DNA from: the human T2T-CHM13v2.0 reference genome, Homo sapiens
Strand: one strand, 5' to 3'
NCBI RefSeq assembly: GCF_009914755.1
Contig: NC_060935.1
DNA: 64,000 bases
Shown here: positions 13,763 to 27,945 of the stretch, in pieces
Layout of the letters: every line of letters starts with the position of its first letter
Numbering within the stretch: the first letter of the stretch is position 1
Made by a program: the position numbers and the translations under genes
The notes under the pieces: generated by a model
Told to the model about the DNA's origin: nothing
What the model saw: the letters and a program-made list of their open reading frames with translations, nothing else
Databases searched by the model: none

Positions 13763-14050
13763 ACTGTGGTAAAATACATATAACTGTGTTCACCATCTTA
13801 ACCAGTTTGGTAGCATTAAGTATATTCATATTTACTGTGGTAAAATACATGTAACATGGTGTTCACCATCTTAACCAGTTTGGTAGTATTAAGTATATTC
13901 ATATTTACTGTGGTAAAATACATATAACATGGTGTTCACCATCTTAACCTGTCTGGTAGTGTTAGGTTTATTCGTATTTACTGTGGTAAAATACATACAA
14001 CATTGTGTTCACCATCTTAGCCAGTTTAGTATTGTTAAGTGTATTCATAC
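13763..14050. repeat. Minisatellite, 4 copies of a 71-73 bp unit
   Basis: Units start at 13763, 13834, 13907 and 13980 (actgtggtaaaatacat...caccatctta.cc.gt.t.gta...tta.gt.tattc.ta). Confidence 0.95.
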
Positions 14051-14338
14051 TGTTGTGTAACCAATCCCCAGAACTTTTTCATCCTGCAAAGCTGAAACTC
14101 TGTACTCATTAAGCAACAGCTCTTCATTTTCCCCTCCTAGCCCCTGGCAACTACATTCTACTTTCTGTCTCTATGAATTTAACTAGACACCTCATATAAG
14201 TAAAATCATACAGTATTAGTCTTTTTGTGACTGGTTTATTTCACCTAGCATAATGTCCTTAAGGTTCATCCATGTTGTAGTATATGTCAGAATTTCCTTC
14301 CCTAAGGCTAAATAATATTTTATTATGTGTATATAGAA

Positions 14339-14657
14339 TAGTTTCTCAGTATTTACGGGGAATTGGTTCCAGGACCACCAAGGATACCACTAAGTCCTTG
14401 ATATAAAATTATGTAGTATTTGCATATAACCTGTACATATTCTCTCATATACTTTAAATCATCTTTGGATTACTGATAATACCTAATACAATGTAAATGC
14501 TACAGAAATAGTTTTTATAAGGTATTGTTTATGAAATAGTGACAAGAAAATGAAGTCTGTACATGTTCAGTACATACACAGTGTTTTGTGAAATATTTTT
14601 GATCCTCTGGTGGCTGAATCCATAAATGTAGAACCCACAGATATGGAGGGCTGACTA
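14339..14657. mobile_element. MER2 (TcMar-Tigger) DNA transposon
   Basis: ggaattggttccaggacc...gtatttgcatataacct...aacccacagatatggagggctgact. Confidence 0.8.
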
Positions 14658-15442
14658 TGCTACATTTTTAAATTAATTAATCTGTCAATGGACACTTGCA
14701 TTGCTCCCACTTCTTGGCTGTTGTGAATACTGTTGCTATGTGGGTGGGTGTACAAATATCTAAGAACCTACTTTCAAATCTTTTGGTTATATATCCAGAA
14801 ATAGTGTTGTTGAATCCTATGGTAATTCTATTCCTAATTTTTTGAAGAACTGTCATACTGTTTTTAATTGTGGCTGTACCATTTTATATTCCCACTAGCA
14901 CTACACAGGGGTTCCAATTTCTCCACATCCTTACCAACACTTATTCTTTTTGTGCTTTTGACAATAACTATCCTAATTGATATAAGATAATAAGATTATT
15001 ACATTTTCTTCAGTCATGGGGAAGTTTCAATTAATGTCCGAGATTGAGCTAGTAATTGACTCAGATGTAAATTCTCCACTTCAAAGTACCTGTAGTTGTT
15101 GCTGGAAGGCCCTCCAGGCTTTTGCCACAAGCCCTAATCTACCCTCCACACAGGTCCACTATGCACAGAATTTGTGCATCCTAGCACTTCAGGTTTTATT
15201 CTATACTGTGTGGGCTTCAACAATCTTGTTCATTTCTATTTAGCAAATATAATTAATATTGCTTAAAGGCAGAATTTATATGCCTTGTGTTTTATAGCAC
15301 TAGGTAGGGAAACATTCCCCAGTCAGACACAATATCCATTCCCAGAATACATTCAGGTAAAAGAGACACAATCATTTCACATAAAGCCTGTGTAAGCCCT
15401 CCAATTTTTGCCCAAACTTTGATCTTGATCCTATCATTTTTT

Positions 15443-16235
15443 GCCGAGCAGAGACCCTGTTTTAGGGGCCTCTGCAACCCCTCTCCCACAAATATGGAAA
15501 TAAAGGAAAATCTGGAGTTCCTTTAAAGGAAATTCCATGCATCTAGCTAGCCCTGAGGAATGAAGTTAAGGAACTTCATCAGATTCCTTAAATGAATAAG
15601 GAACTTGATAAGCAAGAAAGTAATAGGAACCTAAAACAATAACCATGGAAGTTAAGAGTCAGGAGATTTTTTGTTCCCCTATAGACACTAAATATAATGT
15701 CTTAACATATGTCCCTGAGTTGTCTTTCAGAAACCCAGATCCCACCAAACAGTTCCACAGACAGGTAGACCTCAGAGGGAACTGGGGACTAAACTCTGAC
15801 AACCATTCTTTGTTCTAAATATCTTCCTGAGGGGCCTGGATGGAGTCACACTCAGGAGCCAAAGCTCATTCTTTTCTGCTGACTGCAAATTCTCTTCCTT
15901 CACCAACTGCAAATCAGAAAATCTTTGAATCTACCTATGACCTGTAAGCCCCCCACTTCAAGAGATATCTCTCCTTTGGGCCAATACCAATGTGTAACCT
16001 CCATGTATTGACTTATGATTTTGTCTGTAACTTCTGCTTTCCTGAAATTTACATTTTCCTTTAAAAACCTTTACCTGTAAGCCATCATGGAGGTCAGAAT
16101 TTAAGAGTAGCTGCCTGGTCTTCCTTGCTTGGAGCCCTGCAAATAAATGCCATCCTTTTTCCTGCTGCAAACCTCAGTGTGGCTATCTGGTCTTATTGTG
16201 CCAGGAGAGCATATCTCAGTTAGGTTTGATTAGTA
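15443..16235 (+). mobile_element. MER39-like ERV1 LTR
   Basis: aatcagaaaatctttgaatctacctatgacctgtaagccc; tttaaaaacc TATA-like; AATAAA ~16141. Confidence 0.7.
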
Positions 16236-16399
16236 AGTGGCACAAGTGAACCCTCTGGAGTGATGGAAATGTTATAGATTTTAATGTGGGTCATGGTTAC
16301 ATGGATATACACATGTAAAATTAAGCAGTAAACTTGATTTTATAAGTAAATTTATAAACTTAGCATTTTTAAGTTAGCATTCAATAAAAACATTAAGGG

Positions 16400-17350
16400 C
16401 AGTCATTCGAAAAAGTAGAAATAGAAGGCATAACTTCTTCCATAGTGGAGGAAAAAGAAACAAAGACAAATCACTTACTACAAGAAAAGGCAAGAAAGAT
16501 GGAAAAAAGGAAGAAGGAAAGGTTTGGCTGATAGCAAAGATTTAGGAAGAAATTGCAAAAGTACCGAAAGATATAAGCATCACACAAAATGGACTAAGGT
16601 AAAAAGGTTTTTACGAATAAGGAGGATCATTACATAAAAAAGGTATTCACCAGAAATACGTAGCAATTCTCAATTTTTATATATCTCACAATATAACCTT
16701 AAATTACATGAAGCAAAAACCAGACATAAAGACAAAGAGAAATTTACAAATCCACAATTATGGTAAATTTTAAGACAGTTCTAGTGTTTGGCAATTCTAT
16801 CAAATAAAAAACAAGTTAGAAAAGGGAAGATTTAAATATCAGAAAATAAGAAAGAACTTTGTCCAACATTTAGAGAATACACTTTCTGCTCAGTATATAT
16901 GGAACATTAATTACACCATATTAGGTCACAAAGCAAGTCTCAACGAAAAACAATGGATATCGTACAGAGCATATTAAAAAATAACCAACAGGCACATATG
17001 TTTGAAAATTTACAAACATACTTCTTTAATACATGGTCCAAAAAGGAAATAACAAAGATGAGAAAATCTTAGGAACTGAACAACAATGAAAACAACATAT
17101 ATTACAGCTCAAGGCATGATATTAACCAGTGCATAGAGAATAAGTTTTAACCTTAAATATAACAATTAGAAGAAACATTTTTTAAACTCTTAATGTGCTA
17201 AGTGTCTTATTTAAAAAATTAGAACAAAATAATATAAACAATAAATCCAATAAATGTAGAAAGAATAAAGACAATAGCACCAAATAAAATCAAAACAGAG
17301 GATAGACGAGGCTAAAAGCTGATTAGTTTAAAAAGATCAGTAAGGTAAAA
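16400..17350 (+). mobile_element. Ancient L1M ORF2 (endonuclease region) remnant
   Basis: A-rich; acaaatccacaattatgg...agagaatacactttct...ccatattaggtcacaaagcaagtctcaac L1 motifs. Confidence 0.65.
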
Positions 17351-17529
17351 TTTAAACTTGTTAACTGTTATTACTCTATTTTTCAATAATTGAAAAATGA
17401 TTTTTAACTTAATAATTTTAGTAATAATTTAAAAAATTCATACTATTTTTTTCTGTTTGAAAATGGTTTGGGTAGCTTAGGTTTGGGATCATTACAATTG
17501 TTCTCATTAAAACTAATAGAAAAAAATTT

Positions 17530-19034
<1,505 letters not shown>

Positions 19035-19870
19035 GCAGGAACAGACTTGGGACCAAAAATCCCTTTTCAACGAAACTAACAAAAAGAAGAACCTGTTGTA
19101 TGGTAACTACCCAAGGACTAGTACAAGGAAGAGTTGTTTTTACCTTTTAAGAATTTCCTGTTAAGATCGTCTCCATTTTTATGCTTTTGGGAGAAAAAAC
19201 TTAAAATTCGTTTAGTTTAGTTTTGGAATTGTTAACGTTTCTTTCAACAAGCTCCTGTTAAAAGTATATGAACCTGAGTACTAGTCTTCTTACATTTACA
19301 AGTAGAAATTCGATTAATGGCTTCTTCCCTTGTAAATTTTCTTGATAAATGAGGCAAACAGTTCTAAGATCTTTGATAAACATCTGCTCACCTAAAATGG
19401 AAAAACGGATCATTCTGCTCATTTAAACCAACTAGATTTTGGGTGGAGAGTGGGAGGGATTGGTGTATGCTACTCTTAAGATTTCAGGGTATCTTTCAAA
19501 CTGAATCTTTGTTTCCAGTATTAAAAAGCAAACAACCAGCAACAACAACAACAAAAGTGATTTAGATCAAATGTTTATGTAAAGAAAATTATTTTCACTC
19601 AGTAAATCTGAAAAGTAAATGGATAATGTTGGCCATGTTTTGCCTTTTTGCTTTTTCTTTGGGAATCTACAGGATCACCTGTCCCCTCACTCCCAAAAGT
19701 ACTATCTATGTTTTGAACAACAGTGGAATACTATATCAAAGGTTTGGCCAACCAACCACAAAGCTACAAAACAAGCAAATCCCAAATCCTTCAATTGATA
19801 GCATTCATTTTCACTACCAACAAATTTATTAAGAAACAAGTAGAAAATAAATCAGTGGTCGACTTGGGGA
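19035..19870 (+). other. RBMXL2: RBMXL2 3' UTR (RBMX-derived up to ~19755)
   Basis: ggaccaaaaatccc...taactacccaaggacta resembles the RBMX 3' UTR as recalled; candidate poly(A) signals ATTAAA 19520-19525 and AATAAA 19846-19851. Confidence 0.7.
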
Positions 19871-20499
19871 CCGTAATGGCTTCCATTCCTAACTCCAAGC
19901 TACTTGCCTTTGGCTCTAGAGCCAGCCACTGAGTCCTGTGGAGAGAATTGAGCTTCTTCCCTTAGGGGTGGAGGAATCAAAAGTGAGCAGCTTCAGAGCT
20001 CAGGAGCAAAGGTCAGAGAATCCCTGAAAGAGCTTGGCGTTTCAACCTCTGAGGATCTCAAACTGGCATGAAGGGGCTGGTTTTCCTGTCCACAAAAGGC
20101 GAGGGGTTGGATGGGTTGTTTCCTAGTTTTAAGGTGGGGAGAAGGGCTTCAACAGAAAAAGATTAGAGTCTTTCTCCAAGATCTGTCAAGAGGAACGTAA
20201 GTTTCCTCTTAAACATCTTTTCCATTCAGCACCTGTGGATTCCCCAATTTATCTGTGAGAAAGGTAATTGTACAGTCAAGGGACTGTAGCAACCAGAGAA
20301 AGAAGGATGGGGTTAAGGTTGATGACCCATGTTCAGTGTAATAATTGCTGGAGGAAACAGATAAGGGAACAACAGCAAAAAGTACTTAAAGGGATCTGAA
20401 TGCAACACACATACACAACTTTTAACAACATGATTTTTTTTGACAATAATAAAGTAGGTGCATTAAAGGAGAGGACACACTAGTGGCTCAGAAGAGCAA

Positions 20500-22080
20500 A
20501 TGCAAGAAATAGCTAAAAAATGATCCAGGAATTAATCTAGCAAAAATATGTAAGATCTTTATGAAAAAATTAATCTTTATTAAAGGACATAAAAGAAGAA
20601 CTATAAGAGATTGATATACTCATGGTTGGGAGGACTTTATTATCAACTATTCTCAACCTCATCAAATTAATTTGGAAAAACAATACAAGTTCAAATGAAG
20701 TCACTTCATGATTTTTTTCACACAGCTCCCCTCCCCTCTTCCCGAATAACACCATTTATTTGTGTTGATCAATGATGGAATAATAAAAGATTTGGTAAAC
20801 CAACCACAAAAAATCAATAGCTTCATTTCACCACCAACAAATTATTAAGAAACAAGTATTTAGAAAAGAGACACTAATGGGAGATATAGCTAATCTTCAA
20901 ATTTGCATGGTGGAATAAAGAGCAAGAAAAGCCAAATCAATTCAGATGAACAGTTGTTAGGAAGGACTCATCCTACAGATACCAAGACTTATTACAAAGC
21001 TCTAGCAATTTAATTGTATGATGTCAGCAAACAAGGATAGACAGACCAATAGACCAAAACTGTGATCCTAGAAACAAGTCCACTTCTGTCACATTATGCA
21101 ACAGAGGTAATTTTAAAAGTCATTGGTGGCAAAATGAAATTCTAAAAAAAAAAGACTATTTGTTAAAAGTGAGATTCCATAACAGCATACACAAAAATAC
21201 ATTCCAGATGGTTTGAAGATTTAAATGTGAAGAGGAAATTTTTAAACACTTAGAAGAAAGTGAAGAAATGTATACACCACGGTGGGGTTGAGAATTCCGT
21301 TTTAAGACAAAAAGTACAAACTTGGAAAATACTGATAAAATTTTCCATATTATTATTAAGGTATTTTAATGATAAAAGTGACTATTAACAAAGTGAAATT
21401 TCAAGCCATAAATTGGAAGAATATATTTACATTGAAATGACTTCCAAAAGAATGCTTAAAAATCAATAATAAGAAAAAAACAAGAAAAAAATGGACAAAG
21501 ACTTACATTTTTGATAGATGTATAAATTGATACAATCATTTTGGAGATAATTTTAGCAATGCCTAGTAAAGTTGGAGGATGCATACTTTACGACCCAGAA
21601 ATTCCATTTCAAGGAATGGACTTAAAGAAATTTGTGCATATTCACAAGGAGATACGCACAAGATTGGTCAGTAAAGCACCCTTTGAATGTTTACAACAAA
21701 AGTAGTCTACCTGGAGTGGATCAACTGAGATTTATGATGAAGCTCAGTGTAGAAGCTAATATGAATCAGCCAGGTCTACATGTATCATTATGATAAATAT
21801 CAAAATATTAATATTTGGTGAAAAAGGCGAATCGCATAAATATAGGTATAGTAAACAAAATAGGATTTGAATGATAGCATGAAAAATCAGGATATTTAGA
21901 GTTAAGAGGAAAGGAAAAAGATGGGAGGAGGAGTGAACTTTAGCTGAATGTTTTATGTCTTTAAAAGTGATGGCTCTTAAGCAAAACTGACAAGTTTAAC
22001 ATCTTAAATTTCTGTGGTCTGTACATTGGCATCTCTTATTCCGTAAGTTCAAAATATTTTATAATACACATTTTAATATT
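20500..22080 (+). mobile_element. Ancient L1ME-like ORF2/3' fragments
   Basis: ggaattaatctagcaaaa...gacataaaagaaga; ccaagacttattacaaagct; gacccagaaattccatttc. Confidence 0.6.
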
Positions 22081-23629
22081 AAAAAATAGAGCTTAGCATA
22101 CCACCCAGCATGTAATTACTGAAAAATGTTTGTTATTAATATGCTGAAACTCAGCTGCAACATTCTTATCTTGGCAATGATTCTTTCTCCTGGCTTTGTT
22201 CTTTCATCAATATGGGTGATGCCTTATTCTATTTAAATGAGTTTTTAAAACCTTTCTGTCTCGGACTGTGCCCACAGCTTGTTTACCATAATCTCAAGGG
22301 TAGAACCGGCAATACCTGAGAACCAGATCTTAGAGGAAGGTGCAGTTTTTCCTTTTGTTGTCTGTTTTGAAGTGTAATAGCGATGAAAAACGTTTTCCAA
22401 TCAACAAGCTGTTTCTGAAGAGTAATCTCCTGAATATTGAAACTATTAATAAAAACAAAGTATTAACATTAGGAAAATAAAGACTCACTGGAGTTCAGTG
22501 ACTTAATTTTAGAGATTATAGCATACAAAGGTTGTAGATCTCTCATACATATATAATACAACAGTCTCAATATTTCTTTACTGGAAATATTTTTGTAGGA
22601 AAATATGCCAGAGGTCTAGTCAATTGAGAACTCTTTATAATCACTTTCATAATGATGAGAGAGAGAGAGAGCTTATCACATGTTTTCCAGAACTCACCCA
22701 CTGAGTAAAATTTAAGGAATTTGTATCTCAGTGAAAACCTTTATATTTTCTATCATGTGCTTTTCTCCGATTACTCCTGAAACCCCATCTCCTCCATATT
22801 TCCTTCCAAAATGGTTTCAGGAGTATTCAAATTGTCCATGTGGCAACTGACAGCATTACCGAATCCCCACAAGATGAAGGCTGAACATCTTCTGTTTCTG
22901 ATCACAACCGGAATTCTACTGTGGCTCCTGTGACTATCTTAAAGAGTGCTAGAGGTAGAATTTTTTTTTTCCCCCCATAGGGCAATAGTTCCCTTTTCCC
23001 CTTGCCTTAGGCCAAGTGAGATAGAGAAGGCTTCTCTGCTAGTGTTCCTCCTAACTGGGGCCTCTAACATTTTTCAACCTTTATGTGGTTTCCATGCCCC
23101 CTCCCTTTTAGCCTTTATTTTAAAAGTGATGTAACTTTCCTTCTTTTCCTCCATATAAATGTTCTCTCTGGGGATAGTTACTGTGTTCTCATAAATGTTT
23201 TCCTCTTTAGAATGTGTTTAAGAACTCACCAAGCAAAATAAGGCTGTATTGCTCTTGCTGTGCACACATGATATCCAATGCTCATGGCAATTTCTTTCAG
23301 AACCTACATGTTCTATTTGTGGTGAAGTTTATTCTGAAGCTAATTACTCTTACAGTGTAGCACATCTAAGAATGATTTTAAAATGATTTTGATAAATATT
23401 TTGTGAGTGACATTGAATGAACATATCAAGCACAGAAAATTAGAGGAACTACATAGCAATGATGTCCTTGTTGAATGCATCTCACTATCATATTTATTAA
23501 AGTGCTCAAGGGGAATAAAAAATATGAGGACCTATTATGAAAATTTTAGAGAAAACAGTAGGAAGAAATAGTAAAGCTTTCTCAGGTTTGAAGGCTGCTT
23601 GTTATAGTAGAGAGAGAATCTTTTGGTCA

Positions 23630-23820
23630 TATGCAGAAGCTCTCATTCTGTTATTCATGTAGCTTGGACAACTTTCTTAAAACTTTAGACCTTCCGTTTT
23701 TTTCATGTGTGGTGATAATACAGTTTCATCATATTTATGGAAGTTTTAAATAAGATGACTCATATACAGCACCCAGCACAGTGCCTGGAATGCAGTGGGG
23801 TTCGTTAAGTGGTAGTATTA
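23630..23820 (+). mobile_element. MIR fragment
   Basis: agcttggacaactttcttaaaact...cagcacagtgcctggaatgcagt. Confidence 0.55.
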
Positions 23821-25585
23821 CGGCATTCTGCAAAGCAGTAGCACAGACTTTCCTTTGGAATTTATCATTTATATTCCTAGTAAAATTGCTTCTATACTCA
23901 AAAGTCTTCAGAAAAAGTACACTTGAGAGTTTTAATTGTATTTACTCAAGCTGCACTCATCCAGCTTGAAATCTTGGAGATATATTTGACTCTTTATAGT
24001 CCCCATTAATTTTCTGCTGCCTCTTTCTTCTTCACCTCTTCAGTTGAGGGGACCAGAACTTCCACCATGGGCTCAGTGCCCCATTCCTAACCAGTCAGAA
24101 GTAAAGCAGGTTGATGTTATTATAAAGGCTTGATTCCTTCTTATCTGTTAGGGTTTAGAATTATTGCTCTCTGGCATAATTGGCTTAGACTCAATTTTGC
24201 CCCAGAAATAAAGTGCCTAGTGCAGTGCCTAGATTTTTAAAAAATGTAGCTGTTTTTATTGTTATTTACAGTTGACTCAGGCTTTGGGGCACCTAGAGAA
24301 ATCTCTGAGTTGAAGAGTGTAGTAATTTAGAATAAGTAATATGTAATCTTGTAGACCTGAATTTAAATCCTGTGTCCACCATTCACCAACTGTGATCTTG
24401 GTCGGGTTACTTAATTACTCTTTGTGTTTTTTTCCCCTTACCTATAAAATAGGGTCAAGAATGCTCCCCTCATGAGATTGGTTGTCTATCTATCCATTTA
24501 TTCATTGAATCTAATTTTTATTTATGTAGTACCCACCAAATGGCAAACGCTGTGCTAATATCACGCCAACTAAGGCAAACAGAAAAGCAGCACCAAGATC
24601 ACAGTTAGTGAATGATCTTGGTCAGGTTGCTCTTTGTTTTTTTCCCTTATCTATAAAATAGGGACAAGAATGCAATCATACTTATTGGCCAGATTAATAT
24701 TCATTAAGGACGATTCACAGAGACAGTGGAGTAGTACTTGCTAGTTGCCCAGATGCATTCTGTGGGAATACACAGAGATTTAGCATGACTGGACTTCAGC
24801 TTTGGGAGAGGAACTCCCACATTTGGGCTGTGGGGCTTTTGAGTTGCATAATATAGGAGATTCCAGCCCCTACCCTGGAATAATTAGGGGTTAGGATATA
24901 ATAGCAATATGTCATGGCAGAAATAGCTATAACCCTGTCACTTCAGTGCTCATGGTTGTGGATTTGCAGGAGTTGAGGACTTGATAATAACATCAGTCTG
25001 CCCTAGACAGGTTGACAATGGGTCACTGAACCTTGCAGTCAACAGCTGGAGAAGGGAGAGACAGTAGAATATAAATGGGGCTGGGAAGAACATGTTTTTT
25101 GTGAATAATACTTTTATCTAAGGTGGTAAAGGGCTGGAGTCAAAGTCTTGTAATTGAAGCTGTATGGCAGCAAAGCAAACTAGAGGCAGGACTTGCTACA
25201 TCAGCATTCAAGATTGAGAATGTACTAACATTATAGCTGCAGGGGTAACTGTGGCCCAGGCTGTGCAGCTGACCATGATTGACTGCATTAAAAATGGGCT
25301 AAAAGCAGCTTTCAGTGAAATTTGCAGAAGGCCAATCCTTTCCAGGATGCCAATCTACTGAGGATTAGTTTTGGATAAATTAATCCTTGTCTCTTAGCTA
25401 AGCAATGGAGACATATTGGTGAGCCAAAGTAGACATTGTTAATCCTCACATGGAACAGTGTTCAAAAGGTAAGATAGACTGGTTAAATTGTCATACAAAA
25501 AGCAACATTTTAACCATGACAAGCACTATGAAAGAGAGATACATAGCACTATGAGACATGTTTTTAAAAGCTTGATGTAGTATAA

Positions 25586-26086
25586 TAGGGATCCCCAACT
25601 CCTGGGCCAGGAACTGGGCTGCACAGCAGGAGCTGAGTGGTGGACGAGCTGGCAAAGCTTCATCTGTATTTACAGCCGCTCCCATCACTTGCATTACCAC
25701 CTGAGTTCCACCTCCTTTGAGATCAGCAGCAGCATTAGATTCTTACAGGAGCATGAGCCCTATTGTGAACTGCACATGTGAGGGACCTAGGTTGCATGCT
25801 CCTTATGAGAGTCTAATAGTTGATGATCTGTCACTGTCTCCCATCACCTCCAGTTGGGACCATCTAGTTGCAGGAAAACAAGCCCAGGGCCTCCACTGAT
25901 TCTACTTATGGTGAGTTGTATAATTAATTCATTATGTATTACAATGTAATAATAGTAGAAATAAAGTGCACAATAAATGTAATGTGCTTGAATCATCATA
26001 AAACTATCTCCCCCGACTCCCTGGTCCCTGGAAAAGTTGTCTTCCACAAAATTGGTCCCTGGTGCCAAAAAGCTTGGGGACCACTA
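25586..26086. mobile_element. MER1A hAT-Charlie DNA transposon
   Basis: TIR-like ends agggatccccaac / ttggggaccact; gcattagattct...ccctattgtgaactgc and ggaccatctagttgcaggaaaacaagc blocks. Confidence 0.85.
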
Positions 26087-27154
26087 TATATAGGACACCT
26101 AGAGAATGCATCCTTAAGTGATAATTGAACTAAGATGTGAAGGATGTATAAGAGCTAAATTTCTGTGAAAATTAAATGAGATAATATATAAAAAAGCATG
26201 TAGCACATAGTAACCCTCAGTGAATGAAGACTGATTTTCTTATACCTATTCTCTTTTGACATCAAGGTAGTTTTCGCTGGGAGTTTGTGCTATATAAATA
26301 AAGGTGAAGGAATGCAGGTGAATTACTAACAGACACTAATTTAAGAGAGCATATCTTGAGGTTGATTACCAGGAGAGGGGAAATGAGAAACACAGAATGT
26401 GAATCAACAAATAGGAGAGGCAAATAATGTGAGATCAGTTCAAGGTCAAACTAGTAAGAAAAAAACAGATGAAATGAAGAAGTTGGGAAAAAGACAAGTA
26501 TTGGCTGGATTAACGCCCTGGGAGTAACTACTGATACCCCCTTTAAAGTCTCAGAGCCAAGTTCACAGATAAAGTAGCTTTTAAAGGTATCAGGGTTGTT
26601 TGAATCTGAGATGAAGCAGACCCTCTTTATCCTTCAGGCACTCATAGTTTAGTGTGGGTAACATTTTTCTGCATAAACTACCTAAAATGCAAAACAGAGC
26701 AAGAAATGTTATCAAATAGGCATGGGCAATGTGCTAAGCAAACCAATTAATTCTGATGAGGAGGCTTTCCAGAGGTGGTAAAATTTCAAGATATTCCATG
26801 AAACAGGGAAACTCCTCTTTCGTTTGTGTATGTTATCCACTTTAAATACAGCTAGGTTCATTTGTTTCTATTTGTAATTAATTTTAGGAGTGTCTTCATC
26901 TTGTTGATTTTATATCCCATCTCTGCTAATTTACATGGAAACTATTGAAACTTCTGAAGATGGGAGTGATTATCTGAGCTGCAGTTTGGCACCTGAGAGA
27001 TGGACCGAAGAGAAAGGTTGGAGGGAGAGAGCCATCTAAACATACTAAGGCTTGCATTTTTATTTGTATTTAAAATTGCCCTAGTTGATTAAGAAGCTGA
27101 GTGGAGGAAAGCATGCTTCCTGACACGGAACAGAAGTTACCATATGATAACAGT

Positions 27155-27170
27155 CCACTAGATGTCACTA
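27155..27170 (+). promoter_or_regulatory. Candidate CTCF site
   Basis: CCACTAGATGTCACTA, one mismatch from the CCACTAGATGGCAC core. Confidence 0.45.
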
Positions 27171-27499
27171 AAAGCTCAAGGATTGGTGCTTTATGTTTCC
27201 TTTCTTGAACCTGCCCCTTGGAACTTGAACTCTAGGGTCTGTGGATTTAGGCTAGGTGCTGCTTATGCTTTTAACTGGAAATCCCCATATAATCAGGTAC
27301 TGCACGTTATGTACAGTTGAAAAGACCAGAAGTATATCCAAGTATATATAAGCATTCAAATTGGTGGGAAAAGTAATTCAATAACTGATGCTGATTTAAT
27401 TGGCTAACCACTTTGGAAAAAAGTCCTAATGATTTTGATCATTATACACCAAAATGAGTTCTAGGTGGATTAACTTTTTTTAGGTAGGATTTTAACTTT

Positions 27500-27945
<446 letters not shown>

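Larger units (their letters stand above)
13757..14990 (-). mobile_element. L1MB-like 3' end, split by MER2
   Basis: tgtggtaaaatacatataac...ccctggcaac...attctactttctgtctctatgaattt...ggttccaatttctccacatcc. Confidence 0.8.
10885..15440 (-). mobile_element. Decayed ERVL-class (MER21-int-like) internal region, pol/pro remnants, interrupted
   Basis: Minus-strand peptides ATWVHEMSGH (~12450-12480, integrase HHCC-like), VLMGIDTG (~12230-12255, integrase core) and PECILGMDIV (ORF 15292-15489, protease C-terminal-like). Confidence 0.7.

Noticed and set aside
13763-14050. Repeat array as CRISPR-like
   Set aside because: Head-to-tail units with no unique spacers, L1-derived, in a primate genome.
19520-19556. 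A-rich (CAA)n tract as the retrogene's fossil poly(A) tail
   Set aside because: RBMX-like 3' UTR sequence appears to continue beyond it to ~19755, so it is more likely an internal microsatellite.
22692-23305. Two minus-strand GTGAGT donor sites, one preceded by a KRAB-A-like CTCAGTGG
   Set aside because: The upstream sequence does not translate to KRAB and the acceptors lack good polypyrimidine tracts.
24700-25450. Unassigned moderately GC-rich stretch
   Set aside because: No ORF, RNA structure or repeat family recognisable by eye; possibly an ancient repeat.
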